A stretch of DNA of 64,000 nucleotides from Phallusia mammillata (lineage: Eukaryota), in NCBI GenBank assembly GCA_965637545.1, contig OZ281494.1, positions 11,718,001 through 11,782,000 on the forward strand. Reading direction: 5' to 3'. Shown one piece after another: positions 37,001-52,000 of this stretch. The position numbers and the translations under genes are program-made. Every line of letters starts with the position of its first letter. Position 1 is the stretch's first letter. The notes below the pieces were generated by a model, which ran no database searches, was not told the origin of the DNA, and saw only the letters and a program-made list of their open reading frames with translations.

Positions 37001-40000
37001 CTTAAAAACTTGTTTTCAAATTCTCTGCGAATTGTGCTGCAAGAATTGCAACATTTAAAAAAACACAAATCCACATAATTCTGCTAAAAGAATCCAAATT
37101 GCTACCACCCGAAGTGCACGTGATATAAACAGAGCAATATGTGCGGTCATGCAAAGATAACGATTAGCTGCATCCAAAGCGTAATAGAAAAGGATTTGAA
37201 AGCTCTGAAAGGTACATCCACATATGTATAATATGTTTCCATCATATATATATGTGTGCAGCTAAGCGACATTCCGTCAGGCAGAGCATCACGCTACACG
37301 CGACAACTAAAGCCCACCCTGTCGCGAGTCCTTGCTTGATGACTCGCTCACCGGTCTTCGTCCGTAGCACTTTGCCTCAAGCGCCGCGTGTGCGCACCTT
37401 TCCGCTATAGACGACAGCATATCACGTGATCAGGTCATATGACAACTGTAAGGCCTCTGATTGGCCGAATTGGGGTACTAACTTACAGTGTAATCTATGT
37501 GGGAAGCTTAAAGCTGGAAGGCAGATTTTTGTCAGTTTTTGTTAAATGCTACTGGAATGTACAAAAACTTGTTTCCACCCAGTTTACAAATTAAATAAAA
37601 ATAATCACAACAAATATGAATGTTATGTTTTTTTGCGCTGCGCTATGCGTTCGTTAAATTAATATGTAAAAAATTTAATGTATATTCAGAAATGTCTATT
37701 GACGTCAAAGCCACTGTCAGTAAACTTGTTTCAACCAGCTGGAATCGATCCTGCGGGCTCACCCGGCGACAAGCATCAACCGAAAGCAAGCATTATAGTC
37801 TGTCCCTAAAACAAATCAGCGCCCAAGTTTGCAGCGCATTGTACATGAACCTAGGTCAAATTAAATGCAAAAGGCAAGCAGCGGAATTGTTTGCAAGAAA
37901 TACCGAGATACACCAGCGGCGTAACAGTGGATTTATAATTAGCCTAATGGATCAAGTCCTTTCGTGTCTATCGGAACGCTTCGGCGAGGAGCTGACGGGA
38001 CAACGACATTCGCTAACCGCTCGATGGTCATGTATAATGCATTAGCCCGCTTCATCAGCCCAGCGTTGCTCCCCCAAAAAACGCTTGTCGCATAATCCGC
38101 GCTATGATAGCAATATTAAGTTTGTTCTATGTCTGATGGAAATTACTGTCGTCACAACGTACTCTGTGCGTCACTATTGCATGGTGTATTACATGTTTAT
38201 GTATATACGTTAAAAATGCTACGCAAAAGGTCAAGATCAAAACAAGATTGCCGACGTCAACGAAACCGTGTCCTAAAAAGTAGCAGCTGCAGCAAAACCA
38301 TGTAACATATTACAAACGTCTGTTAGCTTTCGCCTTTAATGTTCGTTAGAATAGGTCTTCAAAAAGGGCAAAATGTACTAAATAGGGAGTAAGTTGTACG
38401 GCCTTCGCACATAAACTGCAAGATGCAAAAACAAATGAAATTCCGTTTTTATATCTATTCAGTGTTTGAAACATAATATTCCATCATTATTTTGCCTTGT
38501 GGTACGTGTGGCTATTTCATGGATCCTTTTGCTGCGACCGGCTCCACAGCTAGCGAGTGACGAAGAAAAATCGCTCCTAATTTAATCTCGGAACCAAATT
38601 AGGGCAAATATTGAATAAACTGGATTTCACCCTGCAGGAGTTATTGAGTCAACTTGGCAAAGCCATCATGAAAAGATGATGAAAAGTTCCACAAAACACA
38701 ACATATCACTATTAACAAATAAATAAAAATAAAAATGCGCTCTTTACCATAAAAACATAATTAAACAATTTTGCCTCGAATTTGTTTGGGAACAGTATTA
38801 AAACTGAAAACAGTTTATAAGCCCAATATGTCATGGCTAATTATTGGGTAGAATTTGTACCGGAGGGATAATGCATTTGCATATTTGCAACATGTTTAGA
38901 TTTTTACTTCGCATTTGCATTGGTTTAGCTCCACACGACTCTACTTCTCTCCTTATAACACGCTTACATGCATAATTAATGGCAAGGTGTGCGCCAACTC
39001 CATGATCCTGACGATCACATTTACGTCGTACCTATGTTTCGTGGTTGCGTTACTTGGATAATGAGGATTCGGTAAATTTACAAAAGCTTACTGCTAAGGT
39101 GTCGCTGAAGGAATTTTTTGAAAACGAGTGGTGGAATTCTCTTGACTTTATTAAGGCCTCTAAATTTTTTCACCAGAGAAATTATACTGACACGCCAGAA
39201 AACTATTATTGTTTAAATTAAAAACTAGTTTTTCTTTACTCTAGTCCAGGGGTGCACAACCTTTTCGCTAAGACGGCCACATCGCAGAATCTTATTTCAC
39301 CAACGGCCGCCAATACCTGTTTGTTTTGTTTTAAAATTGGTTATGTGAAAATAGAGCTTGTCCCACATGCATAAACCATCTAATGGCGTCCAAAAAGCCC
39401 AGATAATTTGAAACTTGATTCACAGATTGAGCTAAACAGTCGTGGCGACCAGTGTGAGCTATTTATGGCGTCATAATCTATATTGTGACACAAGAGGTGA
39501 CTGTTTATTTACATTATTTGCACACAATAGGCGTATATAAAGTGTGATGCACAGGGTCACTAGGCTGGTAACATTCTTTACAGTCTTACAAAATCTATTT
39601 AAAGCAGTTTGAAAGTCAAAATATTTGGCAAAAGAGTTTTATTTACGTCACGGCCGCCAGTGCATATATTTTAATAAACATGTTCACGGCCGCACAAAAT
39701 CGTCTATTCGGCCGCAGGTTGTCCACCCCTGCTCTAGTCGAAGCGAAAATGAAGGTATGGCTATTTCGCTGTGCCAAAAACATGTTTCACGTTCAAACTA
39801 CAGAATTGCATACGCAGCGACTGGGTTGGTGTTTTCATCTGAAAATGTCCAGCAGTCATGAATTAACACCCCGAATCGATGCAGTCCTTTACTTTACTTG
39901 CAAGGAGATTCCATTAATATGGAAAGATTTACTAGAATCGCAAAATGCATACACTTTTTAAACCACAGAATTGCATATGCGTATAGCATGTTTTTCATAA

Positions 40001-43000
40001 ACGCCACAAGGTACCCAATTCAACCGCACAAACCGTGCTCATCAACCCGCTTTGAAGATACAACAAACGCTCAGTAGCGATTTGCATTTATTCATGCGAG
40101 AGACAGAATCGCCCCCGATTACCCCTTGAAATCAATAGGGGTCGTTCACCCATTCAGCTACGGCCCTCAATTTGTCGAAAATTTTGGCAGCGGCGGTTCG
40201 ATTCACCAACAGACCACGTGACATTCGATTCGTTACGCTTCACTGCAAATTGTGTACGCACAAATGCGTCTGCAACTATAAGGAATAAGCAGCGTATTGA
40301 ACAGATGATTTAATCCCATTGGAAGATATGTTGGTATTAGTAAGGCTTTTATGTTCACTGATTTGCGCAATTTAAACGTATTGATTTGGCTGTCAGTATA
40401 AATATCAGTTTCTCACTAATGGAAGATGATAGTGCTGTCGTCATGTCAAAAATGTGTAAGCTTTGGGGGAAGAATTAGGCGCTGTGAATTAATTACAATG
40501 AAAAGCAAAGATTCGCTGAATAAATTCGTTGAAAAATGGATTCTTACATTCCCAAGGAAACAAACAATTTGGGATTTTAAACCTTATTGTTTTCGAAAGT
40601 TTTCTATCAATAAAACAAAAAGGCCACCCTTATACCTTTTTGACAATACACTAAACTTTAAATTTAAGAATTAACGTAAAAAGTTGGAATCAACCACATC
40701 TAAAAAGCAATGGAAAATCACACTTACTTCCTTTGTGCCTTCCGTCAACTCCAAAAGTGATCCTGTGTCCTCTCCTGGTCAGTTTCACACTGTGCCACTT
40801 CCGGTCATTCAACATAGTTTCACTGTACATGGTATCCGGTCCACTACCTGTTTTGCACGCACAAAAAACGTCACACTGGTTCACTTCCAGCCCAAAGCCA
40901 TTTACGTGCTATCGATATGTGCGTAATCATCAATTAGAACCATGATACAAGCTTGTTACGGGTTATTAATTTTCAATGAAACATAGAGCAAGTCAAAAAA
41001 AATTTTTTTTTAAGTTGTTCATAAAATGTTGTGTTGTAGTCTATGCGTTCCTTTACAGTTAGTCGGTCACTATATAAATGATTTTACTTATGCGTGTTCG
41101 TGTGCTTGTGACTTTATGTTCTTTTTTAAACCATGGATAAGCATGTAATTATGCAACTGCGCATTCTATGATACTACTGCAGTTGTTAACACGATTACAA
41201 CATGCCGAGCGCGGAGGTTCCTCTGTATATGTAACTAATTCTTAACTTATGTAAGTACATGGTTAACACTTAAAATATGCAAAAGGTGATGACCAAAAAA
41301 CTCGAATTTGGGTTAAGGGTGAACCCATTTCATAAACTTGATGGAAAAGGTTATGTTTTCAAAGAATGGTTAAAACATAAGGAATCCTTTTTGATCTTCG
41401 GAGCGTGGTAGCCATCCATACTCTACTTACCGTCTTGCTAACGTGCAACCAGGTTAAAACAGTACATTTCTAATCATGGCCATTCAATGGGGCCGGTGCC
41501 TGCGTCGCGGCCAAGTTTGTCACGTGACCAAAGGGACAACACAACAATGGTAATGACGTGAAACACAAAACACAGTAAGTGGTGACGATGATGTGCAAAG
41601 GCGACTTACGAGGTGCGGTGCAGTTGGGTTGAGAACAGTCTGCGCAACAAAAAGATAACCAAGTCAAAATTGCCGAACCAGCAAGTGTCGCTGATCAACC
41701 CTTAAAAATTTTCATACGACCGTCATTTAAACGACGAATTTTGACAGAGAAGTTTAGGAAAGATCTAGAGAGTTAGAAAATTGACTGCTAAAAACACATT
41801 GCAGGTGTTAATTTATAGTTGCTGGTCTGCCTTGAGCTTCTATTGTTCAGGTAAAAGCGTATGGAATTTAAGCATAAATGTTACTGAAATGAAGGTTTTG
41901 AAAAAAAAAATCTTTCTGACGTACACATAACTTGGCATACTTTCCACTAACGGTAAATTCAACACTCATATACAAAAACAAATATAATCAATTGACATTT
42001 TCTTCACGTAAAAAATAACAATTAGTGATACGGGATGGCTAACTCGGTGCTGTAAAATAGTACAAAGCCGAATAGAGTGGTTTTGATTGACATGTGGCCT
42101 ACCGAGATCGATGGTGAGTTTTAGCCTTCCTCCTTCCATTTCTATTCTCATCATATCTCTAGTGCTCCTGGATACAGTGGCAAACAAAACACCTGCAAGA
42201 AAGAAACGGTGATGACCTGATGTAATCCCAGCCCTACTTCCAATGCCTTTCTCATTAGATGCTTTTCAAAAGTCCAGTAAAATTTTAAAACAAAGAAATT
42301 TGTTTGATGGAAGTAGAAAAACAACTTAAGTAAACGTTGAAAGGGTTTGTCAAAAAAATAATGTGCTTGGTGGGCGGAAATGCAGATGAATGCTTGTTAT
42401 GAATCACTGCGACCGGTAGGAAGAACCGGTCGGGCATCTTGTGCAAAACTTATGACTCACGCCTATGCTTCATTCAACACTTGCGATATTCTAAAGATAG
42501 CAAAACTGAGTTACATAACCTTTGCAAAATGGTTACGGCACAAGCTTTGCGAAATCAATCACAAATTGGTTACAAAAGCATGCAAACATTGTTGAACCTT
42601 CCCGAAAAGGCATTCACAGGCATCTTGCTGATGCGAAACTCATTTTAAAAACTTTTTATTTTCACCAAATGGTAATTGTTGGCCTAACAAAACAATCATC
42701 GAAATCGTATTGGGTCCAAAACAGCCATATCTTTTTACTTTTGGGCATCTAACAAACGGATCAAGAGGCATCGGGACCTATTAACTGTACACTACAAATA
42801 ATAATGATTGACCTGCGGCTTACCTGACTTAAGAGGAGTTTTAAATCTCATCGAAATATCTTCTCCGTCAGTTTGTATGCTTTTCTCCATCTCAAAACCC
42901 ATGTACTGCGTTCCGTCAAAGGTTGCTGACATCACAGCTGTCAATCAAACGAGAAATTTGATTTTTCAGCGAAATAATTTATCGATTGCGAAGGTGCAAA

Positions 43001-46000
43001 TAGTAACACCTGGCACCTGACAGCTGTTTGAGCCAAGGTGTATAGGACCACATAAAGCATTGTGCCCGACTTTTGCTTTTTAATTCCAAAGCAATTTTTT
43101 CACGAACTAAAAATTCTTATTGAGCCTTAATCTGGTACATATATCGTTTTACGTAGGTACCACAAATAATATGTAAATGAATATGATTCATAAACGTTCC
43201 TAGAAAATCGATTACTTAGAAAAGAGCGATTGTAGAAAGTTTGCCTCCTGATTGTTCGTAAATTTGCTCTTTTCTTTCAGGAATTTGCTCTTCTCTTTTC
43301 GATAAGCTTGCCGTAATCACTAAGTTTACCATTTGTTTATTTGTTACGCACAGTAAAACTACGGAGACTGTCTGTTCAGGTGGTACATTGTATTATTACA
43401 ATGAAAGAAAAAAAAATGTATCCCCCAAAAAATAAAAGCCAAGCACTTCACCAACCATTTTCACACGTTTTTCCTCTGTAAGAAGTATTGCTGCAGTCGC
43501 ATATGAACCGGTTCATTCCTTCTGTGCATCTGGCTCCGTTCATACATGGATTCGAGGCACATTTACTGCCGTCAAGTCCTCCACAAAAAGCTGTGATGTC
43601 ACCAGAGCCGAGCGACGATGGTCCCATGTTTTGTCCAGACGATTGGGCCAAAGACTAAACAAAAAAGTTCTTTAGTAAAAGGGACGATGTTTTGATTTGT
43701 AATCTCCCTGGCAACAAGCAACATCCACATTGCACAATTATGGAAATTGGAGTTGTTGTTTGTTTTGTTTTTCAATATAAAGGATGCGGTTTGGGAACCA
43801 TTTGTTAAAAATATATAGGGTCGTTTGGGATGCTTGACAAAAAAGCATTAGAGCCAGGGGTGAACGTCCAGGTTTTTATCATAAACACATTGGATTTGGA
43901 TTTAATGGAATTAATCGGAGTTATCAAGTTATCCAAACTATTTCTAATCTTCGTTGTGAGGAAAACCTTCGAAACAAGTTTGTCTTGAGCCAACCAAGTC
44001 TTGTCTGTGCTAATAGTGATATCTTCTCAGCAATCAACGAACAATGAAAGTATTTAAGCTTTATCAAGTGCGTGTCTCAAAGCAAATTTGCCCAAACGGA
44101 TAACGCTTGAGAAAAGAACCAATCTACACGGTTGGTGTACCAACACAAACCCCCAAGTTTATCACCGGTTTCTGAATTCGCATTCGTTACCACGTTAAAC
44201 CTGTCAGTATGTGTCGTGTTTCACCAAAAAATATTGAGGTTGTATCCGTACAAGGTATGCGATGTTTTTATTTTAATCTTGGTTGGTATCTTAACATCTG
44301 AATCGCATTCATTATAACCTTCCCTTAGAGTCACCTGCTGAATTTTAGCAATCTTTTTACGTTGCAATTATTCACTTTAGTCAGTCCAAGTAATTTGGGA
44401 CACTATGGACTAAAAACACAAAGAAGTGATATCACTCAAATTTCCTTGTCGAAAATAAGAGGCATCAATGGAATTTAACGAAACCATGTTACTAATCTAT
44501 CATCTTTGTCGGCATGGAAATTGGGACTTAAGAGTATACCTTGAAATATGATGTACACATGTTGAGTGGAGGGCCATGAAGATGCATGCACTGCAAACAT
44601 AGCAGTGTGGCCATCTTAACTGTAGACGCTGTGACGAGGCCGGTGGCCAGCGGTGGGGATAAATCCATTGTAATCAAATTGCCCTTACAAAAGTACTGCC
44701 TACAGCTGTATATTAAACTGAACCAACCACAACCTGCAGATAATGTCAAGAGGTTTCAGAGGTGGACAGCTAATGAAGTTTTTGACTGAAATGTCGTTGT
44801 TGTTTTTTCATTTCTCCACTCGAAAAGGCCGAAACAGTGTTGAAAATAAATCGATACTAAGAATCCGGTTTGACATAATTCAGAATGCTTGTCGGGATTT
44901 TCTTATTTTTAGCATGACAAAAAGGCGTAGCCCTACCCGTATGATAAGATAATTGCTGGTTTGCAAATCGTATTTATTGTTGCAAGAGTTAAGTTTTTAA
45001 CAGACAAATTACCCCCAAAAAGGCAAATCTTCAAATGCTTCTGAGTAAAGTAAAACATTTTTTGCATATTCTATTTTCTGCTACAATTGGGCGTACACTT
45101 AAAATGTAACTTTAACTGCATATTGAAACTCGTTTTTGACAAATAATACAGAAAACTTTAAGTCGAAGAAAGGAATTAATCACCCAAAATAAGGCTTAGT
45201 TATCTATACATGCACTTTAAATGTGTTGCCTGTGTCATGTTATTATTGGCCAAATTATTTCTTATCTAATAGCGATAAGCGTCACCGTCGCTTTGGCAAA
45301 GGATTATGTCATTAATAGTGATGTGATCGGCTTAACCTCACCTGATACGCACTGAAATACTACGGAATCTCTACTCTGTAAACTGAAGCATTTTCGAGCG
45401 CTAAGTTGACAGAAAAATCCAACAGGGATTTTTTACAACTTAACTTACGACTTGCAATATTATCGCTTTCTACTCCTTATGCAAGCAAACATCATTGAAG
45501 TTTTAACGCTAATTTTTACAGCAAACCGAAAGTTTTCCCTGTTCAATGATACCAAATCTTACTTAAGCGAACCTCCAAGACTCAAGTAGCTGCTGAAAAT
45601 TCGCATTCACTTAATACAACACTTGCAATTTGCGAAGATCTGGTTTTGGTTCTACCTGATCGATACCAATTAGCGAGCATTTAGAATAACCGCAAGAACC
45701 GACATTCACGCTGATCGTTTGTGTTTAAAACCAAATAAAATAGATTTGATTCGGTGCTGCAAAGTTGCAGACTCTAAATTCTGCGCTAAGCTGACAATGG
45801 TCAATCAAATAGAATCTATATGTCAACTTAGGACTTCACAAAAACGAAATCATTTTCATTTAAAAAATGCAGCATATTTTGTCATATCAATCAACCCTTA
45901 AAGACTTCCGTTACGTTGGTTCTTTATTGTTTAAAAAAACGTCGCCAACCTAGTGCTGTCTTGTAACCGACTTGTTATATTCGAAATCAAATATAAGTAC

Positions 46001-49000
46001 AAACTTCAAACAAACCAAGGACTTTCCAGAAATGATTTTCGACTGGTGCACTGCCGAACTTATAAGCTGAAATTAACGCATTAACGTCACTTAACATCAG
46101 ATTAACTTCCCTCTCAAAAGTCCATTGTAAAATTGGATATTCCCAAACCTTACTCCAAACGCTTAAGCAACTCCCAATGAGACCAATTACCGAACACCGC
46201 TGTTTCAATCTAACACACAAGAGCCTTTCGATCCCTCTTTTCTAATTGAATTCACTCCACCCGGAATCTAATCCCTTCCCTGTCCGCTAAACTTGCTTTT
46301 GCAAAGCGCATGTGGACTTCTAATCAGCCTCTCTCGAATGCGGGAAGAAAAAGGCTCTCTCGTTTTTGCAAGCACGTCTGATTTCCTCCCAACAGAGCAA
46401 GCGTAATGGAGGCAGCGTCGCCCGCTGGGACCTAATTGTGACAGAATTAATTTCGCGACCACGTTCTGATTCGGATTGCCCGACAGCCCGTAACGATCCC
46501 ATGTATTAAAAATTGATCATCAGTGAGAGATCTGGGAGTTGTAACGATGTTCATCGTTTTGTTCCGGGACTTTTTGACTGAAGTCTTTTGTGCCTAGGCG
46601 AGGTTTTACAAGCTCCAGGGGGCTTGACACGACAACGACACCACATATCTCAATTAGAACATCCAGTGGCGTAATCAGATGCACTATTTCATGCATTTGC
46701 GGCCTAGTCATCGTTCGGGAAAATACGGGAATTCCGAAAGTAGAATCTCACAGATGTAAAGAATTGATTGGACATAAGATTTTTTTTTGCTTTGACTCCG
46801 ATTCCGGCTTATCGCTTGTTTTGCAAGAGCGCAAGTCCTAAAACATTATGTTGATTCGACGAATTTGTAATATAAAACATTTTTATCCATTTTATTTGCG
46901 TGTGTTTTTCGTTCGATGAAACATTCGTAATGATGCATGGGATAATAATCTTTTGTGATGCATTTGTTTACACCAGACTGCAAGAGTAACTTCCATGCAG
47001 TTGATGTTTTGCTATCACTGAGTCATAAGTCATCTGCAGGGAATTCGGCAAACTATAAAATTAATGCCTGATTACAGAAAACCTATGCGTACACTTAAAA
47101 AACAACCGTGCTCTCTTCTAGTTCGAAGAATTCCAGGAAAAACATGTTTTTTAAATTTACACTTTTTGTGATTCGTAAAGTCCCGCGAAAACAAGCTTCT
47201 GCTGTCATTCGGCCTTTCAAACTGTTAGTTGTTACTAAGTTAAACATTTTGATTCCCCATTATAACAGATTTACTAATAATTATAGAAACAAAAAAATCC
47301 GTCGATATAAAATTTGAAACATAAATTATGCCTAATAGTGGCATGGCACAGTCAGTAATCAGTTCAGTACATGTTAAGACACAAAGTTATTCGTCGATGA
47401 GTAGGCTATGTAGTCAGTTTTAGGGATAAAAACTGTTAATTCTCAGTGTAACAGGTTTGATTCTATTTGAATAAGGAACTGTCAGGATGTAAATTCATTG
47501 TCTAATTCTGTGACAATGACAATTACTTGGAAATTAAGTTATGCATAAAATTGTTGTGATTGGTCCTTATAATCACGTGTTTGTGCTCACGTAACAGAAC
47601 AAACAGGCAGAGGCTCAAAAACAATAGTGAGATAATCGTCCTTTGCTTATCGTGGCACCTTATCTGCACTCAGCAAATCATACGATGAAATATTAACAAC
47701 AAACACGTTTTGGTGGCCAATGTTGCTGTCATGTTATGGCACTGATTGATGAACTTGGAGCGTGACTACTTGATTTTAGTTGTGATAATGTTCTATTTTG
47801 CATGTTTTGAATCTTTCAGGTTTGACTATTGAAGGAATCCTGTGATTTTATCATTTAGCCATTTGCAAAATTATGCAACAGCTGAATTCGTGGTTCAAAG
47901 CCATAAACGCTGGAACAGAGACTTTATTAAAAGTGTTTTACGTCCTATTTTTGTTTTCCGCAAACTGTTCTTAAGTTCAGATAATTATCGTAATTAATGT
48001 CATGCATCAGACTGATCAATTGAACGCTGACAAACGATGGTCTCTTGTTTTGATACTGTTTGTCTCGTAGCTTATTCCAGAATCCGTGCCTTCATTTCGC
48101 TCTTATGTTTAAATTATGCTCTTATTTAAATTAGTTCTTATTCGAAATGTTTTCTTTAAAATCATTAGACTTACCCTTAGATCCACAATGTCCTTATCTA
48201 TGATCATATTCTGAATACACCCGACAAAACCCTGTCGTTTCGGTGAAGTAAAGAGACCACGAAGTTGTTGGAAGCCTGATCCAAAGTCTGAACCACCCAC
48301 AGTCATGCTGCTGCTCAGATCCAGATCGGTGCTTGTTCCCTGCAATAATATAAAACATTCATGATCACATGTAAATGTTGATGTTGGATAACAGTCGACT
48401 TCCGAAATACGTTTTCTGTGAAATGAGATTAGTACTAAAGGGTCATATTTGTGTGCTACACAATAAGCCTTAGTTGGAAAGGCGTGGGTAGCTGACACTG
48501 TGGTCCTCTGGCGCACCTAGCGGATAAAAGCAACTCGCCAAACATCTGTACAAGCATACAAGGCGACTTTCTGCATTCATTACATGCGTTTTAACTCTAT
48601 TTCCACATATATCATCTTCTACCATTTTAACATGTTATTCTGCAACGGGTTTCCAAGTTCTTGACATTTTTTAGATATTTACAACCATAAATCAGAAGAC
48701 AAAAATATAGAAAACAATAAGTGTTCACTAATGAGGGGTGGTTTTTTCGTCAATGCTTTCCACAGAAAGTGGCAATGTTGCTTTCATTTCAAAGTTGATA
48801 GGCAAACTAGGTAAAAACGCATGAGATCTATATATGCGTATGTGCACATGACATGGATTTGAAAAGTAACTTAACCAAGAACAAAATCCCCGGAGAAGTT
48901 GCATAAACCGTTTTTGTCAAATCGTCTAAATAAAAAAATAAGTACGTTTCAAAACATGAATATGCATTTTCTATGGGAGTTTTTTAATTGGTTTATCTAC

Positions 49001-52000
49001 AGAGTACAGATATCACTTAAGAGAGAATTTCTTGTTTGCTTCAGATTTAACTAAACACAAACCAGTATCATGTGTTGCTTCTTCACTCCGTCCACGTTGA
49101 AAACAATCTTTCTTCCCATGCGTATGATGCGCACATGATGCCACTTGCCGTCATACATACGATTTGTGCTGTAACTAAGAAACTGGAAAAAAACAGTTCT
49201 ATTAAATTCGGCATGGTAATGTCACACGCCAATCAAACTCGTTTACTATTGCAAATATCGATAGGATCAAATCAGTTGAATTGTTTAAGCATTCATGGCC
49301 CCAAAGTGCTGCTGTTGCCAATGCTACTATGTTTTGTAAATATCGTACTGAAGAAATATTTTAATTGTAAGAAAATCCGGTACTAACCCGCGCAGTTTGT
49401 GAGCCGAGGTCAATGACGAGTGCAAGTTGTCCTCTGTACATTTCCACAGCAAACAAATCGCTTGCGTTGCCTTGTCCGAAGATCAATAGACCGTTCTGTC
49501 AAATTGTAAAGAGTTTGTAAGAGATAGCGTGCATTTGTGGCTCTTAAAGCCATGGCTATTGGCTACCTAAAGTATAATCACAAAAACGTTTCATCTAAAC
49601 GGCAATTTGCTATATCAAGCGTTTGTAATAACAAAGAACAACAAACAAACCTGTTCCTTTGTCCTGAAGTTGAACTCAATTGACCCCTTGGTTTTGCTGC
49701 TCCAAGAAGGAATAGTGATGTAGGATTCGGGGCGGGCGAAAGACACTGGGAGGCTAAGATTGGTTGGAGTGCACGTGAAGTCTACGTCACCGTGGATTGT
49801 TACGTCGGGATGACGTGACTCGGCCATACGCGAAATTGCCAGGGGAATGCCCCGGTCGCTGACGTAGGTAACCTGAGAAACGAAAGGAACTTCATGAAGA
49901 AAAAAATGGCCATAAGGTGGCGTGGTTGAGCTATTGCACTCAATGACGCGTTTTAATTATTCTAAGAAAAGGTTACGTGATGATTAAGTTAAAATTAAAC
50001 TTGGCATTGTGCTTTCGAGGTTTAATTTATGCCGTTACTTTGCAACGAGTTCAAGCGTCATTGAGGAGCCAAACTTAATATGTGACTCTCAATAATGACT
50101 TTGAACTACAAAGGTGACCTAGGTCGCAAAAAGGTCACAATGTCAAGGTGTTAAACTGTGACATTTCATTTAAGAACAGTTGTTTCATGTTAACTTGCCC
50201 CGCACGCGATAAGTGGAATAAAATATTAAACAGATACTATGTATTTAATGGGAAAGCTCTTACCGTGTGGACTTTTTAAGATGTACCGTGTGGACTTTTT
50301 AAGATGTAGCGTAAAAAAAGTAATAGCTATAACATTCCAAGTGTTATGTAATTCGGGTTAGGCTCAGTTTTCATCGATTTTCGTGCCATAGTTTTTATGA
50401 AAGTTTGCGTAAATTTAAAAACTAACAATTATTATGCTAAAGAACAGTCAATTTATGATCCACCTAGTTAAGTTGCAGTCGCCCTGACAGTTTAAACGAC
50501 AACATTAATTACAAACAGACACCGTTTACAGCACAAAAAACTGACTCGATACGATTTTGGAGTTATCTGAGAATGTATGGTGAGGGTAACGCAAAGTGGT
50601 CAACGTATCTTGCGTCGCCTTTATTTCGTTTTCAATTGCTTAGCGTATTCAACGTGCATAATTAAGTACCTCCCGTACACCACAGACGTCGCAAATTGCC
50701 AAGGTGTATATGCAGCGGTTGCGCAATTTCAAAACGCCGTGCATAAAAGTGTAAATAATTAAAAAGGGCCCGGGAGAGCCCGTAAAAAAGATGACGGAGT
50801 AGTTGGGAAACGCAGTGAAATTTGATCTTGATTGTCGCGTGGTGGTTAAAGTCGTTTGCACAAAATTAGAATAAGTTTGTTTTAAGACACAAGCGCAATG
50901 ACGATAAAAAATATTGTTTAAAGAAGTTTTCAGTGTTATATAACTTCTCTTTGCATTTTTTTATCATGCGAACGATAAGTCCAAACTCACTGAACGTGTG
51001 TTTCAACCACTGTTGTGAGTGATTTCTAAGTGTGCCTTAAATTTCCGTTTTTGGGGTGTGCAACTTTTATCTTAGTGTTCAAGGAGTACAGATGGAAAAA
51101 ATATAGGATAGTGAACTGGAATTTCATTTCAAACTTATGTGTCCTCACAATCAACCCCTCCTTTTATATTAATGTTGCAAATTAAATTATTTCTATTTTT
51201 TCTGTTTTAACCTACAAGGAACCACTGGGGCAAAAACTAAATGCCTAAAATCTACGACCAGAATTTCGTATGTAAAAGTTGTTCGCTTACCTCCTTGAGG
51301 CAGCCCACAAAGTTGGTGTTGGAGAACTGAGTGCCAGGCAGGTTCGCGGTATCGGGGCTTCCTCCCACGTAGATAGCGTTGTCGAGAGTAAGTTCGCGGA
51401 AATCTTCCTGTTCCATATTGTTCAGCAGATCGATGTCGTCCACGATCACACGAACCTTGCGTAAATCAAGCAACATTATTTGGAATATACTTATTTTTGA
51501 TAGTGGTGACGCGAATTAATGTTTAACAGGATATTTCAAGTTTGACTTAAAGTGGGTTTAAGGCCACAATTATGTGTTGTAAGTGTATTGAAATTGAAAT
51601 TTAAAAATCTTATCTCGAAGTTTTATAGTTAAATAAAGGATTGCGTTAAACAGGTTAAATGGTCATTGAAAGTGATTACCTCAACTAAAAAGTGGAATAA
51701 ACCCACTAGTAAAATTCTTTACCATGTGATAATATAAATAAACCTCAACAAAATAAATACTATATGGCAGTAACTGTGTATTTAGAAGCCACGCACACCA
51801 CTTTGCTCTGCATATCAAAGTTAACATATGTAAGACACATGTGTGCACATCCGCACGTATAGATTACTGTACTGGATGCAACGTCTAACCCCGGTTGCAG
51901 GGGCAAAGTTTAAACGCGTCATCTCGACTTACAGGAGTCAAAGTGCGCCATCCGGCGGTGGCATTTCGGCCACCACCAAACGCTTTGCGGTAAGATGCAG

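Noticed and set aside
37620-38045. 141-aa plus-strand ORF in a neurexin intron
   Set aside because: No recognisable domain or splice context; the sequence looks like non-coding TAAT-rich DNA.
41425-41445. Strong GTAAGT donor with a 7-nt or 3-nt preceding segment, downstream of SS3
   Set aside because: The 7-nt version breaks the frame, and the 3-nt version has a poor pyrimidine tract; unsupported without reads.
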